Source of the DNA: Vitrella brassicaformis CCMP3155
Taxonomy: Eukaryota; Protista; Chromerida
Direction of reading: 5' to 3'
Assembly: GCA_001179505.1 (NCBI GenBank)
Contig: CDMY01000698.1
Coordinates: forward strand, 231,137 to 295,136
Length of the DNA: 64,000 nucleotides
The notes below the pieces were generated by a model, which saw nothing but the letters and a program-made list of their open reading frames with translations, did no database searches and was not told the DNA's origin. Below are positions 23,673-39,960 of the stretch, one piece after another. Position numbers and translations under genes: made by a program. Numbering within the stretch: the stretch's first letter is position 1; the number at the start of each line of letters is the position of its first letter.

Positions 23673-25927
23673 TCAGCCAAAGAAGGCCAGGAGAACCAGA
23701 CTGAGTGCCATCACAGCCATGCCCACCAACACAATGTCAGACGAAAGCACGTCCTGATACAGACAGACAGACAGACAGACGGCCACAACCACAACCACAC
23801 CACACAACACACACATACACATAGACACACACCTTTGGTGTCCTTTTCTCTGTCCCTAGTGTGTCTGTGTCTGTGTGTGTGCTTACGCGTGGGTCATATC
23901 TGAGAGAGGTTGGGATGAGCTTCTTGAAGCAGATGTGAATCATGATGCCGCCAACGAGACCGAACAGAATGGCGAACGCACTGGGCGTCATGGCATTTGC
24001 CAGCACCACCCACGCAAGCAGACCTCCGACGGGCTCGGCAACGCCACACAGCACGCTCCACCCTAACCGCCACACACGCACACACAAACATGCGTCCGTC
24101 GTCTTGCTGTGCGTGTGGATGTGTTGTGTGTGCTTACAGAATGCCTTGCACTTGCTGCCGGTGGCGTAGTAGATGGGCACACTGACGGCGATCCCCTCGG
24201 GAACGTTGTGAATAGCGATTGCCACCGCCACGCCTGCACGCCGGGAGGGGAGGGGGGGCACATACGAAGACTTGTCTGTGCTGTTGTGTCGTGGTTCTGG
24301 GGGGCGTGCCTACCGATTCCGAAGATGGGGTCAGCGAGGGCGGAGGCGAACGTGGCGATGCCCTCAGGGAAGTTGTGCAGGGCCAGGGCGCACCCACTGC
24401 ACGTAAGCAGACACACACAGAGACAGACAGACAGGCAAACGACAGACGAGATGACAGACGCATCCATGCCATGAGTGGCCAGCCCTCCCACGCCGGCCGA
24501 TTACCCACAGAAGTAAGGAAGTGCATGCATATGACGTACGTACCTGAAGATGCCCAGGTTCTGCAGACGAAACCTGTCTGCATCCCACTGCTTCTCAACG
24601 GGCTGCTCCGAGGTCGCGTCGTCCTTGCTGACGTCGGTGACGGCCTTGTCGTCCAGATCCCTGCCCTCACCGTCTCCCTTGTCCTTGCTCGCCCCGTCGA
24701 CGACGCCCATAGCCAAAGCGACGGTCATCGGCTTCGCCTCGCACGCGATGCCCTGGATGCTCGCCGGATCGGGTTTGCCGGCACCAGTTATGGCTTCCTG
24801 CCTGCTGGCGGGGTCGGCCTGGAGTGACACGACATCAATCAATCAGAGTCAAGTGATGGAGTGGTGTGTGTGGACGGTGTGGACGGGTGCACTGCACTGC
24901 AAGTGCGGGCGGACCTTTCCCTGGTCGGGCTGCTGCTCTCGGTTCAAGATGTAGGGCTCCACGGGGCCGTGCCACTTGAAGACTCGTTCTATCAGTCGGT
25001 CCAGCGCGGCTGCTATCAACATGCCTGACCAACAAATGGATCGACACGATGGACGGATGGACGGACGGACGGATGGCACACACAGAGACACAGATGTGGG
25101 TGGGAGAGAGAAAGGACCATAGACGGCGTCCAGTCCACACGACACGTACCTCCAAAGAAGCACAGCGTCGCGTAAGCGTATGCCGTTCCCTCCTCGTGCA
25201 GTGCCCCGAACTCGTCAGCTGACTTCTGGAAGATCTCCTGAGCACCACACCACACCACACCACACCAATATCAGAAAGAAAGACCAGGATCATCCGTCCA
25301 TCGAGTGTAAGGACCCNNNNNNNNNNNNNNNNNNNNNNNNNNNNNNNNNNNNNNNNNNNNNNNNNNNNNNNNNNNNNNNNNNNNNNNNNNNNNNNNNNNN
25401 NNNNNNNNNNNNNNNNNNNNNNNNNNNNNNNNNNNNNNNNNNNNNNNNNNNNNNNNNNNNNNNNNNNNNNNNNNNNNNNNNNNNNNNNNNNNNNNNNNNN
25501 NNNNNNNNNNNNNNNNNNNNNNNNNNNNNNNNNNNNNNNNNNNNNNNNNNNNNNNNNNNNNNNNNNNNNNNNNNNNNNNNNNNNNNNNNNNNNNNNNNNN
25601 NNNNNNNNNNNNNNNNCCTCCCGACTGACCAGGAATGACACATAGATCATGACGCCGGCGGACAGCGAGAGGCAGACGGAGAAGACCTTCTTGTTGTACT
25701 GCGGCAGGCAGAAGCTCAACGCGCTCCCCAGTGCGGTGGCCGCGCCTGCACACACGGACCACGCACCGCACACAACAACACAACAAAACACACAGAGACG
25801 CATGGGTCATGCCAGAGGTGTCGCAGCCGGCCTGTCATCTGACGCACCCACCCCACCTACCTGCGATGATGGTGAGAATGAATGCAAAGACCTCGTTTTG
25901 AAGGTAGCTGCGGTCGTCGGTGGCCAT
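23673..25927 (-). CDS. zupT: ZIP-family (ZupT/GufA-type) divalent metal transporter, multi-exon
   Basis: MATDDRSYLQNEVFAFILTIIA-GAATALGS...LSLSAGVMIYVSF, LALHNFPEGIATF, IAIHNVPEGIAVSVPIYYATGS, AEPVGG, GLVGGIMIHICFKKLIP, ending GMAVMALSLVLLAFFG* (TGA 23673-23675). The N-gap falls in an intron and the flanking phases are compatible. Confidence 0.93.
25317..25616. other. Assembly gap (300 N) inside a ZIP intron
   Basis: Run of n. Confidence 0.99.
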
Positions 25928-26198
25928 CTTGACACGGATCTGATCTGATGAGATGGACGCCGCCAGAGATCTCAGTGCGAGGGGTGGCCGATGATTCAGA
26001 CTAGCTTCTTGGACAGATCACACTTGCAGCGGGGAGTGGAGGGCCGACAGAGGCAGACGGATCTTTCCCGAAGACCGGACGCAAAACGTGCCGCCTAGGG
26101 TGCTTCCTGAAACCGCTGCTGCCGGTTTTCAGGGTAACTGCGCTGGAGACTTCTCCACCATTACTCGGGGAAGCACGCGCAGTACACCCACACAGTAG

Positions 26199-28834
<2,636 letters not shown>

Positions 28835-29113
28835 TAGTGTGGCAATCAGGAGCAAGCAATGGATTCAAAGACCAGATCGGGGGATCAAGAGCAGAGCAAG
28901 TACATGTGTGTGTGTGTAGAGAGACCGGCCCCCCCACCCCCTTCAGTCAGCAGGCACCCATCCCTCCCTGTGTAGCTAGCTAGCTGTGTGGCATGGCGCG
29001 GCGTGTGCAGCAGAGTGTGTGTGCAGCAATAGTAGGTAGCTAGGCAGACAGGCAGACGTGTAGACAGACATCTGGATGGATGGATGCTCTCATGAATCGA
29101 CCGGCGTAAGTAC

Positions 29114-32100
29114 TCACTGCGATCGATGGATGCCCAAAATACGTACGACCAGGAAGGGAGGAACCAATGAATGACACACGCACACCACAGCCACATCAAG
29201 CTCCCACCCCAGCAGCAGTGTGTGGTCTTGTTGGTGGCCGGCTGCCGGCCACTGCAGAGCTGCCCAGCATGCTGCCCACCACCAATGTTGATGTTGCACC
29301 AGCTGCGTGCAGCCAAACACACAGGAGAGACACATACTCGCTCGCTCCGCCCTCTGTCTTTAAATCCCCAGTGCGTGTATTGTATGTGTGACGTACTTGC
29401 GTGTCCGAGCGGCAGTCTCTTGCCCGTGACGGCCGATGTGGGTCTGCCCCTCTTACCGCTGACACTCCCACTCCCATCCCCACCCCCACTGCCCGCCCTC
29501 GATGCCATCTGGGGGGGCCCTCGGCCGGCGGTGGTGGTCATTTCCTCGCCCGGGAGTGAGAGGGAGACGTGGCTCTTGGTGTGGCGGGCTGGCGTGTGGG
29601 GTGGGGCGGCCGATGACAACGTGTGGGTGTCGTCCTCCGCTGCGTCGAATGGGGACATGCTGCAGCGCACACCACACACGGAGACAGAGAGCAGAGAGAC
29701 AGAGGGAGAGTCAGGGAGTAGCGTGGCTGGTCGGTCGCTGGTAGACCGACTGACTCTTTGGTAGCTGTGTGTAGTTGTGCGGCTGAGGCGGACTTGGACA
29801 GCGACTGGTGCAGCTTGGCAACCTTCTCCTCGGCTGCACCAGACAACACCACACCGTGTCTCTCTCCGTGTGTATGCTCCAATTATATAGATGAGCGCCT
29901 ACACTCAGTGAGTTGTGTCCTGTAGTCGTCAATCATCTGCTCCATCCGATGCCTTTCGTCCTCAAACACCTTAGACTGAATCTGCACAGACCCACCGACA
30001 TCCCCACCACCCTGGTGGCCATCCATCGTCAGTGCGGGCAGTCCCTACCGCGGCTTTCTTTTCGATGACGAGGAAGTTGCGCAGTTTTCTGTTGAGGTTG
30101 ACGATCTCCTGTTCTCTGTCCAGCAGCTTGCGCTTCAACACCGTCGCCAGGAAGGGCTGCTGACCCGCCCCACCGACACCCGCACCCTCCTCGCCTGCAG
30201 GCAGGTATCCATGTGTTTGTGTGTGTCACACACAACACAAGAGACACAAGAAAGAACGATCCTTCCTCGTTCCATGGAGAGAAGTGTGTCGCTGCTTGTT
30301 TCTGGCTCAGTCAGTCCCTTGCCGGATGCTTTGAGGTCTGGGGTGGATGTGGAGTATGCGAGTGTCTTGGCCTTTTCGCCGCCCAGAGGCTGGGCCGCCC
30401 GGAGCTTCTTGAACTCGTCCAACAACCTGTTTGTGACACGCAGGATGGACCAGCGGCCCGGGGTGTAAGCATGGCATAGTGAGGTCGTGTACTTGGTGTA
30501 TTCCTGCTTCATTTGTTCAAGCTGCCTGTCGCGTCTCTCCAACTTCAGCAGAGACTGCAGAAAAGGCCCAATGAACTCGTTCTTTATGGTGGCCTTGCTA
30601 GTTGTGATACCTACCTTTCTGAGCGCCTGTTCTGAGGTCTGCAGGTCCTTGGACCGCCTCGTGAGCGCCTCCTCCAGCCGACGGCATCTCGCCTCTGCCT
30701 GACACACAACACATGCCCCCGCTGTGTCTCTGGTCTGTCTGTCTGTCTATCTATCTGACTCTGTGGCAGACGTCGCACCTCTGAGTGTCTCCTCTGTGTG
30801 AGGTTGTGCTTGGCGCTGTGCAGCTCCTGCACACGTGTCCATCCATCCATCCATCCACACGTGGCTGGCTATACAGGGGCTGGTTGCGTGTTTGTTTGCT
30901 CACTTGTCTGAGGTGCTTGAATCTCTTCTGCAGCTGCGTGTTCTCCGCCTGCTCACACGAACACACGCATCCAACGGATACGTCCATCCATCCATCCATG
31001 CATGGGCGGGCGGCCTGGGCTGACCTCGATGCCTGCGATCTTTCCTATCTCTTTCTGCGCGAGGATGTTCTCCCTGGCGTGATAGGTCTGCAGCTGGTGC
31101 ACCTCCACCAAATGCTGCAGCAAGGAGCAGGGAGAAATGGAGGACACACATATAGACAAGGGGCGCTGATGTCTGTCTGTCTGTCTGTCTCGTGTCTGCG
31201 TACCTTTCGCTGCAGACTGGCAACCTGAAAAGAGAAAGAGAAGAGGGGGGCAGCGATGGCAAAGTGGCCGAAGTTTTCTCGATTGGATTCATTCCCACCT
31301 GTTGCTCGAGGTGTGGGATCCTGTCCAGCTGCGACTCCTGCTCCTTCAGCTTCTTGGCGTGCTCCGCATTCTACATCCACACACAGATAGAGAGACATCC
31401 ATGCGGCCGCGCTCGGTCCATTGCCACCCTCATCGCTGACCCATGTGTTGAGCAGGTTGATTTCGTCCTTGTACTCCCTTATTTTGTCCTTGAACTCGCA
31501 CCGCTCCTTGTCGATGTCCTCCAGCACCTTCTGATGCGCCGTGTGCGTTCGCTCCTTCTCCCTCTCCAACTCGTCCACCCGCTCGGACAAGGCTTGCTGT
31601 GCAAACACGTACACACACATATGCACAGACTGATTCAGCTGCTGTGCTGGCGTGCTGACTTACCACGTCATTCAGTGCCGCAGCACGCTCCTGAGATAGA
31701 GAGCGAGAGAGAGAGAGAGAGAGAGACATGATTGATGCAGACGAACGATCTGTGCACGGTGTGTGCGAGGTGACATACTTACGTCAGTCATGTTGTGGAA
31801 CTGCTCCTCCATCTGCTGTGCGTGCAACCGCAGCGAGGCCCCCTGCTGCTGCATCTCGCTGCACACACCACACACATATACCCGAGACGTATGTTTGCAA
31901 TGGCGGGACAGACAAAGCAACACACGCACCGTTGTATCTGCTCCTGTGTGCGTGCAGCATCCGCCAGCAGTATCCTGATGCCCGCCCGTATGTAGTCGAG
32001 CACCACCACGGGGTCCTTGACCATCAGAGCCAGTCGGTCCTTCTCGACGTCAAGCGCCTTGGGGCCCTCCCACGTGCGGCTGCGCAGCTCTGACAGCGAT

Positions 32101-32862
32101 GGAATGAAGTGGATGGCACAAGACACATAATGCCACAAAAGTCTTCTGGCCTTCACTTACCCAGGTAGAGGTCGACGATGACCTTCTGCAGCTTGCCATA
32201 GCGGTCGACCTGACAGAGGGGAGGGTGGCGACATGCAGATCCATGCGCGATGCTGAGCTGAGGTGTACTGTACACCCACCTACTTTGTGTTCTGATGTTT
32301 TGTGTGCATGCTCGATGGTCGAGTACTCGGCCTGCAGCTTCTCGTGCTGCACGCGGCGCTGCTGCAGCTCACCTACACACATAGGGAAGAAATAGGCACC
32401 GGTGGGAGGGAGGGAGGGAGGGAGGGAGACACGCACCAACACACATATATGTGTCTGTCTGTGTGTGTCTGTCTGTCTGTGTCATTTTTCTTCCCACGTT
32501 CTTTGGCTTCGAGCCGCTCCTTAAGGGTGTCGACTTCGCTGAGTGCAGTCATGTGACACACATGACAGACACATGGTCCAATCATTATGGCGTTCATTCC
32601 ATTCGTGCCATGCCATACCCGAGTTTCTCCGTCGCAGCCCGCAGGAGCACCCTCAGCTCTCCCGGGTCAGACTGCACACAGACAGTGCAAGACAGACAGC
32701 TAGGGACAGATGGAATGAATGAGTGGGCGAGTGCAGCTGTTCCTGTACTGTGAGTGGCTGCAGGTGGTCATCGGGAGCGATGCCTTTGGCACTGCCCGTG
32801 AGCTTTAATTGCGCGGGCAGCGCATCGCTGTCGAGAATCGCTGACTTGCCTCGCCTGTCCAT
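29114..32862 (-). CDS. Coiled-coil protein, many short exons (3' end uncertain, ~28980 or ~29114)
   Basis: Heptad-rich exons such as LSEVDTLKERLEAKER, LQQRRVQHEKLQAEY, LALMVKDPVVVLDYIRAGIRILL, QALSERVDELEREKERTH, LKRKLLDREQEIVNLNRKLRNFLVIEKKSR, flanked by GT-AG; ATG at 32860-32862. Confidence 0.65.
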
Positions 32863-32930
32863 CCTCGAGTTCGTGTCGAATTCACAACGTCCAACGGTTG
32901 CGAGCTTAGCTTGGGGAGATCCCTTCTCCG

Positions 32931-35900
32931 ATGTGGCGTTTTTGGATGCACGGCGTCCTCTCGGCGCTCATGTGCGCACTGCATAGCGTCGCGTTCCTCC
33001 TCGTGCGGCCGTTTCATCATCAAGGTCGACGGAGCCCTCTGCTTCCCGATGCAGATCTGAGGGTGGTGGTCTCTCGGCGAGGCAGGTATGGCGAACCTCT
33101 GGTGACCTTTGCTACGGCAAGCAAAGATCCGGAAGTGCTCTTCCCTGAGGTGAGGTGACAGCGCTGGTTCGTTGTATCCATTAATGAATCAAAGCAATGC
33201 TTGTGTCTGTCGTTGTGTTGTGCATCCACGTCGTCCACAGGTAGCGAGGGATGAGGACAGGGCGTACAGGAAACTGGACAAGCTGCTGGCGGGCGAAAAC
33301 ATGAGGAGGTGAGGGAGCCGTCGATGGGCAGTGAATGGGCAGTGAATGAACGAATGAGTGAATGAGTGAATGGAATGCACTCGCTGACTCTGTCGCTATT
33401 GTTTTCTGTGTCGACTGACTGCAACCCACAGTGCGTTGGAGGAAAAGATGCTGGCCGAGGCAGAGATGGAGAGGCGCAAAGCTGACCAGGACACAAGCCA
33501 AGAAGGTAAGGCAGACAGGCAGACAGACACTGCGCTATGGTGGACGTTCCTTGCATCTCCCTCCCTCCCTCCCTCCCTCCCTCCCTCCTCTCTCTGTTCA
33601 CAGTGTTGCTGCCTCCTCCGCCCGATCCTTTGCACCTCACCTGGGACGCACTGGTATGTGTCTACCCATGAGGCACAGACAGACAGACGGATGCACCGAT
33701 GCACTGAACGCCGCTCGTGTGTGTGTTCAGTTGTTGGCCAAGGGTTTCCCCTTTGACGTGTCCGAGATGGAGGTACGGGACTGGTTCAGGCCGTTCAAAC
33801 TCGCACCCGACGGAGTCGTGTTCATCAACGACCAACACGTGAGCCGCGCCAGCTTCCTGAAGCCATCCATCCATCCAGTATACTGTGCCATGCTGTGTGT
33901 GTGTGTGTGTCTATTGTGTTGGTGTCAGGGCGACTTCTCGGGTGACGCCTACATCCGGTTTGGATCGCCGAAACAGGTGAGCAACCGACAGCTGGGTGCA
34001 TCTCATCTTCTGTCTGTCGAGGTGGGTATGGTACGGTGTTGTGTTGTGTGCAGCGTGACCGTGCGTATGAGCGGCTGAACTACGGCGACATGGGCCATCG
34101 GTACATCCAGCTCTTCAAGGCCAACCCTGTCGAGTACCAGCAGTACTATGACACCAAGTTCAAACCCACGGGACGGCTCAGGAATGCCGTCAAGGTCGCT
34201 TATACACTCGCAAGCCAGACAGGCACACACACGCGTGTGTGTGTGTGTGTGTGTGTGTGGTGCAGCCTGAGCTAGTGGAGATCCCTGAGAGCGAGTGGGT
34301 GCCACGCTTTGACTTCGCTGACTATGACGACCTACAGACAGGCACCACACTGCAGGTACGCACACGTCCCGCCCACCAGCAACACACAACACTCACTCAG
34401 CCGCCCCATCTCTCTCTCTCTCTCTCTGTGTGTGTGTCTGTCTGTCTATCCATCAGGGTGAGATCAAGCACGTGGAGCAGTACGGCGCCTTCATCGACTG
34501 CCGTGTGGTCCGCCGGGACGCCACCGGGCGGCTGCATCTGGTCACGGGCCTGCTGCACCGGAAGGACCTGCCGCGCAACATCGGGCTGGCCACGCAGGAG
34601 CCGGAGTACCAGGCGGTGCGGGACCTCATCCTGGCCCCTGGGATGAAGGTGCGTGTGATGGTGGCCACCGTTGACAGGGACCAGCAGCGCTTCTGGCTCA
34701 CGCTTGACGCATCGACCACTGAGGAGAAGCTGGAGTGGTTCAAGGTGAGTGAGTTGGAGAGAGGGGGGGGNNNNNNNNNNNNNNNNNNNNNNNNNNNNNN
34801 NNNNNNNNNNNNNNNNNNNNNNNNNNNNNNNNNNNNNNNNNNNNNNNNNNNNNNNNNNNNNNNNNNNNNNNNNNNNNNNNNNNNNNNNNNNNNNNNNNNN
34901 NNNNNNNNNNNNNNNNNNNNNNNNNNNNNNNNNNNNNNNNNNNNNNNNNNNNNNNNNNNNNNNNNNNNNNNNNNNNNNNNNNNNNNNNNNNNNNNNNNNN
35001 NNNNNNNNNNNNNNNNNNNNNNNNNNNNNNNNNNNNNNNNNNNNNNNNNNNNNNNNNNNNNNNNNNNNNNGGGGGAGGGGTGGACGCATTCGTGTCTTCA
35101 TCCTCTGTGTGTGTGAATGTTTGTCGGTGGTCAGAAAGTGCGCGAGGAGCGGAGGCGGTCGTTCGAGGCCATGCAGGAGCAGCGCATCAAAAATCTCCGA
35201 GAGATACGAGACATCGCCGAGAAGGTCCTTCTGACCCACACACACAACCATCCCATCTGCCCCCAATCGGCACTGTCCTCTCTCTCTGCACGTGTGTGGG
35301 GGTGCAGGAGATGGTGTCGATGAAGCCTGCCGATGCGGCCACCCTGCGAGCGGCCCTCGACGCGGCCGAGTCATCGGGCGGCACCAACGCGTCAAACCTC
35401 AAACAGCTCCTCAACCAATACCTCGTACGTGTGTGTCAAAGCACCCACCACTCACCCCACCCCTCCACACACTCCCCAACACGACAGACAGACATCCGTG
35501 TGTCTGCGTGTGCAGGGCGACATAGCGCGTGCCTATGAGGAGGAGGAGTTCAACGAGCGCGTCGACGAGCTGCGGGAGCTCCAAATGCAGCAGCGCCAGG
35601 ACGACCTCGACATGAGGGAAACCGACCGGCAGCTGCACCAGCAGCAGGAGGACGCCGACGTCGTGGACGCCATGGCCGTCTTCTCAAAGGAGCCAAAGGC
35701 ACGCGATTTTGCGGACGAGGACACACACACACACACGGACACACGAACTAACCCATTTACGTGCGCTCTTTGGTGTGTGTGTTGTCAGGATCGTCGGAGG
35801 TGGCTGGGTGGCGCGGACGAGAGCGGGGATGACAGGGCGATGCGGGAGTTCTTCATGTTCGACGACATGCCCGTTGCCGCAGAGCCGCAGTTCACAGTCT

Positions 35901-37351
35901 ACTCGACCGAACAGATCATGAACATGGACCTCGATCAGATCAAGGTGGGCCCCTCTCACCCTCACACCACTCAGGGATCCGACCGGGCGGGCATCCATGT
36001 GCTGTCGGGTGACCAGAGAGAGCTCGACCTGCGTGGCATTCCCTATCCGCCCAAGAAGACCCGTGAGGCGCTCGAGGAGCGGCTGCTGCAGGCCGTCATG
36101 GCTGACACTGCCGGTGTGTGCGTGGGTGCACACGCTGACAGACACAAAGGACAAATGCGTTTACTTGGTTCGTTCGTGCGTCATGTCATCTTGTGTCAGG
36201 GACTAGCCTGGAGAACCGCCCCCGGTCGCGGAAGGGAATGAAGAGAGTGCTCGTGGGGAGAGAGGTACTACAGGGGGGGGAGGGAGGGAGGGAGGGAGGG
36301 AGGGATGCAGACGCACCCATGGATGCTGTGCTACCTTGCTGCCTTTGTGTGTGTGTGGTGTGTGTGTGCAGGAGATGATAGAGCTCATTATGGCCAACAT
36401 CGACTTCCTCCCACGCAAAGGCGTCCAGAGGAGAGATCTCGAAAGGGTCCGTCACACACACCACACCATCCGTCTATGTGTGTGTGCATGGTTATTGACA
36501 CCAATCTGATCGGCCAGGCTGACGACCTTGAGCTGGAGCAGCTGGTGGAGGAGTGCATGGAGGGCCTGCGGCTGTGGGACCCCCCCAGGCAGCAGAAGGA
36601 GCAGATCATTCTCGACAACTGGGACATGCTGCAGCTCGACAACATCAAACAGACCGACCTCGCAAGGATATCAGACAACATGATGCAGGTCAGCCAACCG
36701 AGTGAAGGAGTGGATCAGACACCTCAGTCCATCCATCCATCCATCAGATTATGTGGTATGACCTCCTCGACGCGCTCATCCGCCCCGTCTACGGCGAAGA
36801 TGATGACGACATGGATGCCATCGACGCAACACAGCCTCTCCTCACCGTCGATGAGGAAGAACCACAACAAAATGATGAAGAGATCGACGAGGCCGACCTC
36901 AGTCTTGACGAGTGGGAAGACGACTGGCCAGAACCACAAGACAGCAGCAGCAGCCGGGAGATCGTGTCAACCCTCTCGCGTGAAGAGCTGATCGACATCA
37001 TCCTCCAGAACGCACCCCTGATGGCGCCTGAGGAGCGGCCGACGAAGGAGGCCCTCGAGAGCCAGCCCGACGAGGCGCTCATCGGCATAGTAGAGGAGCT
37101 GCTCACGGCGTTGAGAGAGGACTGGCAGCCGAGTGTTGGCGAGATGCGGGAGCTGCTTGTGCAGAATAGGGACATCCTTCCTGTGCAGCTCACCGTCAAG
37201 CAGATACAACAGGTGGGCGGGCTGGAGAGGGAGGGTGGGTGAGTTCGAACGTGTCGGATGTGTGTTGTGTGTGCAGGGTAGCGAGAGTGAGGTGCAGGAG
37301 TGGTTCCAGCTGCTTGTTGGCAGTGAGGAGGAGGCGGCGCAGCCCGCATAG
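32931..37351 (+). CDS. RNA-binding protein: signal/transit-like leader + quasi-RRM + S1 domain + HeH/SAP-like motif + four ~40-aa helical repeats; probably plastid-targeted
   Basis: Leader MWRFWMHGVLSALMCALHSVAFLLVRP; qRRM LLAKGFPFDVSEMEVRDWF...GDAYIRFGS...MGHRYIQLFKA; S1 GEIKHVEQYGAFIDC...GLLHRKDL...GMKVRVMVATVDRDQQRFWLTL; IKRELDLRGIPYPPKKTREALEERL; stop TAG ends at 37351. Confidence 0.82.
34771..35070. other. Assembly gap (300 N) between G-runs inside an intron of the qRRM-S1 gene
   Basis: Run of n flanked by ggggggg/gggggagggg; flanking exon phases are compatible (WFK|KVREE). Confidence 0.99.
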
Positions 37352-39295
37352 CGGCTGACGAGGGGTGGGAGGATGAGTGTACAGCTAGCTGGATGGATGG
37401 AGTATGTGTTTCGATGTGTGTTCCATGGTATGGTGCTGTGAGAGACGTTGTGGCGGACCGTACGGACGTTTAAAGCGTCACACATGGCATCCATCGATCC
37501 TCATGCACACACACACACACGTACACACACGCACACTGGCATGGACACACCACACGGCACCACGGCACACAGATGCATGTATACAGATAAAGGAGGAACA
37601 CTAGCACTCTCACCCTCACTCACACGCACACGAGCGAGCGAGCGATGCAGTCACATCCAGCTCACGGGTGATGCGATGCGAAAAACCTCTCTCTCTTGGT
37701 TGGTCAAAAAACTGTTACAGCACTCAATCCCACACCGAGGCAGTCAGTGACGTCGGTCGCTCTCCTCCTGAATGCCTGCCTGCCTGTCTGGCCGTGCTGG
37801 CTGCGACACGCGCTGTGTGTGTGTGTGTGTGAAGGTTTGTGTGTGAGTGACTCTGTGTGCAAAAATTATCTATCTGTCTCAGGCAGGCTCAGGCATTGCA
37901 TGCATCTCACGACTGAGAGGAACGGGCGAATACGCACACACGGACAGACTGACAGACAGACAGACAGACAGATCAACGAACACACACACACCCCTCCCGT
38001 GGCATGGCAACTCACTCACTCCACAGCTCGTTGGTTCAATCGTCCGTCGGTCGTCCCACCCCACCCCCCAGGCATGTATGNNNNNNNNNNNNNNNNNNNN
38101 NNNNNNNNNNNNNNNNNNNNNNNNNNNNNNNNNNNNNNNNNNNNNNNNNNNNNNNNNNNNNNNNNNNNNNNNNNNNNNNNNNNNNNNNNNNNNNNNNNNN
38201 NNNNNNNNNNNNNNNNNNNNNNNNNNNNNNNNNNNNNNNNNNNNNNNNNNNNNNNNNNNNNNNNNNNNNNNNNNNNNNNNNNNNNNNNNNNNNNNNNNNN
38301 NNNNNNNNNNNNNNNNNNNNNNNNNNNNNNNNNNNNNNNNNNNNNNNNNNNNNNNNNNNNNNNNNNNNNNNNNNNNNNNNATAGGGACATCCTTCCTGTG
38401 CAGCTCACCGTCAAGCAGATACAACAGGTGGGCGGGCTGGAGAGGGAGGGTGGGTGAGTTCGAACGTGTCGGATGTGTGTTGTGTGTGCAGGGTAGCGAG
38501 AGTGAGGTGCAGGAGTGGTTCCAGCTGCTTGTTGGCAGTGAGGAGGAGGCGGCGCAGCCCGCATAGCGGCTGACGAGGGGTGGGAGGATGAGTGTACAGC
38601 TAGCTGGATGGATGGAGTATGTGTTTCGATGTGTGTTCCATGGTATGGTGCTGTGAGAGACGTTGTGGCGGACCGTACGGACGTTTAAAGCGTCACACAT
38701 GGCATCCATCGATCCTCATGCACACACACACACACGTACACACACGCACACTGGCATGGACACACCACACGGCACCACGGCACACAGATGCATGTATACA
38801 GATAAAGGAGGAACACTAGCACTCTCACCCTCACTCACACGCACACGAGCGAGCGAGCGATGCAGTCACATCCAGCTCACGGGTGATGCGATGCGAAAAA
38901 CCTCTCTCTCTTGGTTGGTCAAAAAACTGTTACAGCACTCAATCCCACACCGAGGCAGTCAGTGACGTCGGTCGCTCTCCTCCTGAATGCCTGCCTGCCT
39001 GTCTGGCCGTGCTGGCTGCGACACGCGCTGTGTGTGTGTGTGTGTGAAGGTTTGTGTGTGAGTGACTCTGTGTGCAAAAATTATCTATCTGTCTCAGGCA
39101 GGCTCAGGCATTGCATGCATCTCACGACTGAGAGGAACGGGCGAATACGCACACACGGACAGACTGACAGACAGACAGACAGACAGATCAACGAACACAC
39201 ACACACCCCTCCCGTGGCATGGCAACTCACTCACTCCACAGCTCGTTGGTTCAATCGTCCGTCGGTCGTCCCACCCCACCCCCCAGGCATGTATG
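37166..39295 (+). repeat. 915-bp direct repeat (37166-38080 = 38381-39295) separated by a 300-N gap; probable assembly overlap artefact
   Basis: Both copies start atagggacatcc and appear identical throughout (period 1215 bp); the first ends exactly at the gap and the second starts exactly after it. Confidence 0.9.
38081..38380. other. Assembly gap (300 N) between the two 915-bp duplicate copies
   Basis: Run of n. Confidence 0.99.
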
Positions 39296-39931
39296 TATGT
39301 GTTGATGCATCCGTCCATCCATCTACCACCGATGTCTTAATCAATCAATGAGCCGATCACATAGGCAGGCAGGCAGGCAGGCAGGAAGTCAGGAAGTCAG
39401 GCAGGGACGGGCGAGCAGAGCAGAAAAGGGGTCGGTCGGTTGGCAGGGGGTAGGTAGCTGGCATTACTCCCGCAAACCACGCCCGCCGCTCACGGACGGG
39501 CCACCGACCATCTATCTCATCGAGCCACCCACCCAGTCAGTTGACTCAGCCAGATAGTCTTCCGGTCCGAGGAGTGAGTGAAAAGTCAGTCAGGCAGTCA
39601 GTAGGGGAGCAGGTCAGTCAGTCAGTCAGTCAGTGAGAGTCAAGCCAGGTTTATGGTACACTCTCGTGCTGCTGGCAGTTAGTTAACCAATAGGCCCGCC
39701 GGCCCGCCCGCTGCTTTGCTACCTCTCCTCTCTCTCTCTGCCCCCCCCCCCACCATGATAGACACACTGACTGACACTGACACATCCATCAAAGCCATCA
39801 GCCCATCCATCCATCCATCCATTCACCCGGCCATTCACCCGGCCGGCCGATTCTCGCTAGACTGCCTTTCTGCCTGCCTGCCTGTCTGCCATTCTGCCTT
39901 TCAGAACTGCTGATTCCATCCAGGTTGTCTG

Positions 39932-39960
39932 TAGCTAGCTAGCTAGCTAGCTAGCTAGCT
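39932..39960. repeat. (TAGC)n self-complementary microsatellite within an intergenic SSR-rich tract
   Basis: tagctagctagctagctagctagctagct read directly; neighbouring (AGTC)n, (CATC)n, (GCATC)n and (AGGC)n tracts. Confidence 0.9.

Noticed and set aside
24835-25810. ORFs spanning N runs (also 34397-35395, 37696-38709)
   Set aside because: Their length is an artefact of N translation.
37166-39295. Apparent tandem duplication of the qRRM-S1 3' end
   Set aside because: Copies look identical and abut a fixed-length 300-N gap exactly, which is typical of unmerged overlapping contig ends.
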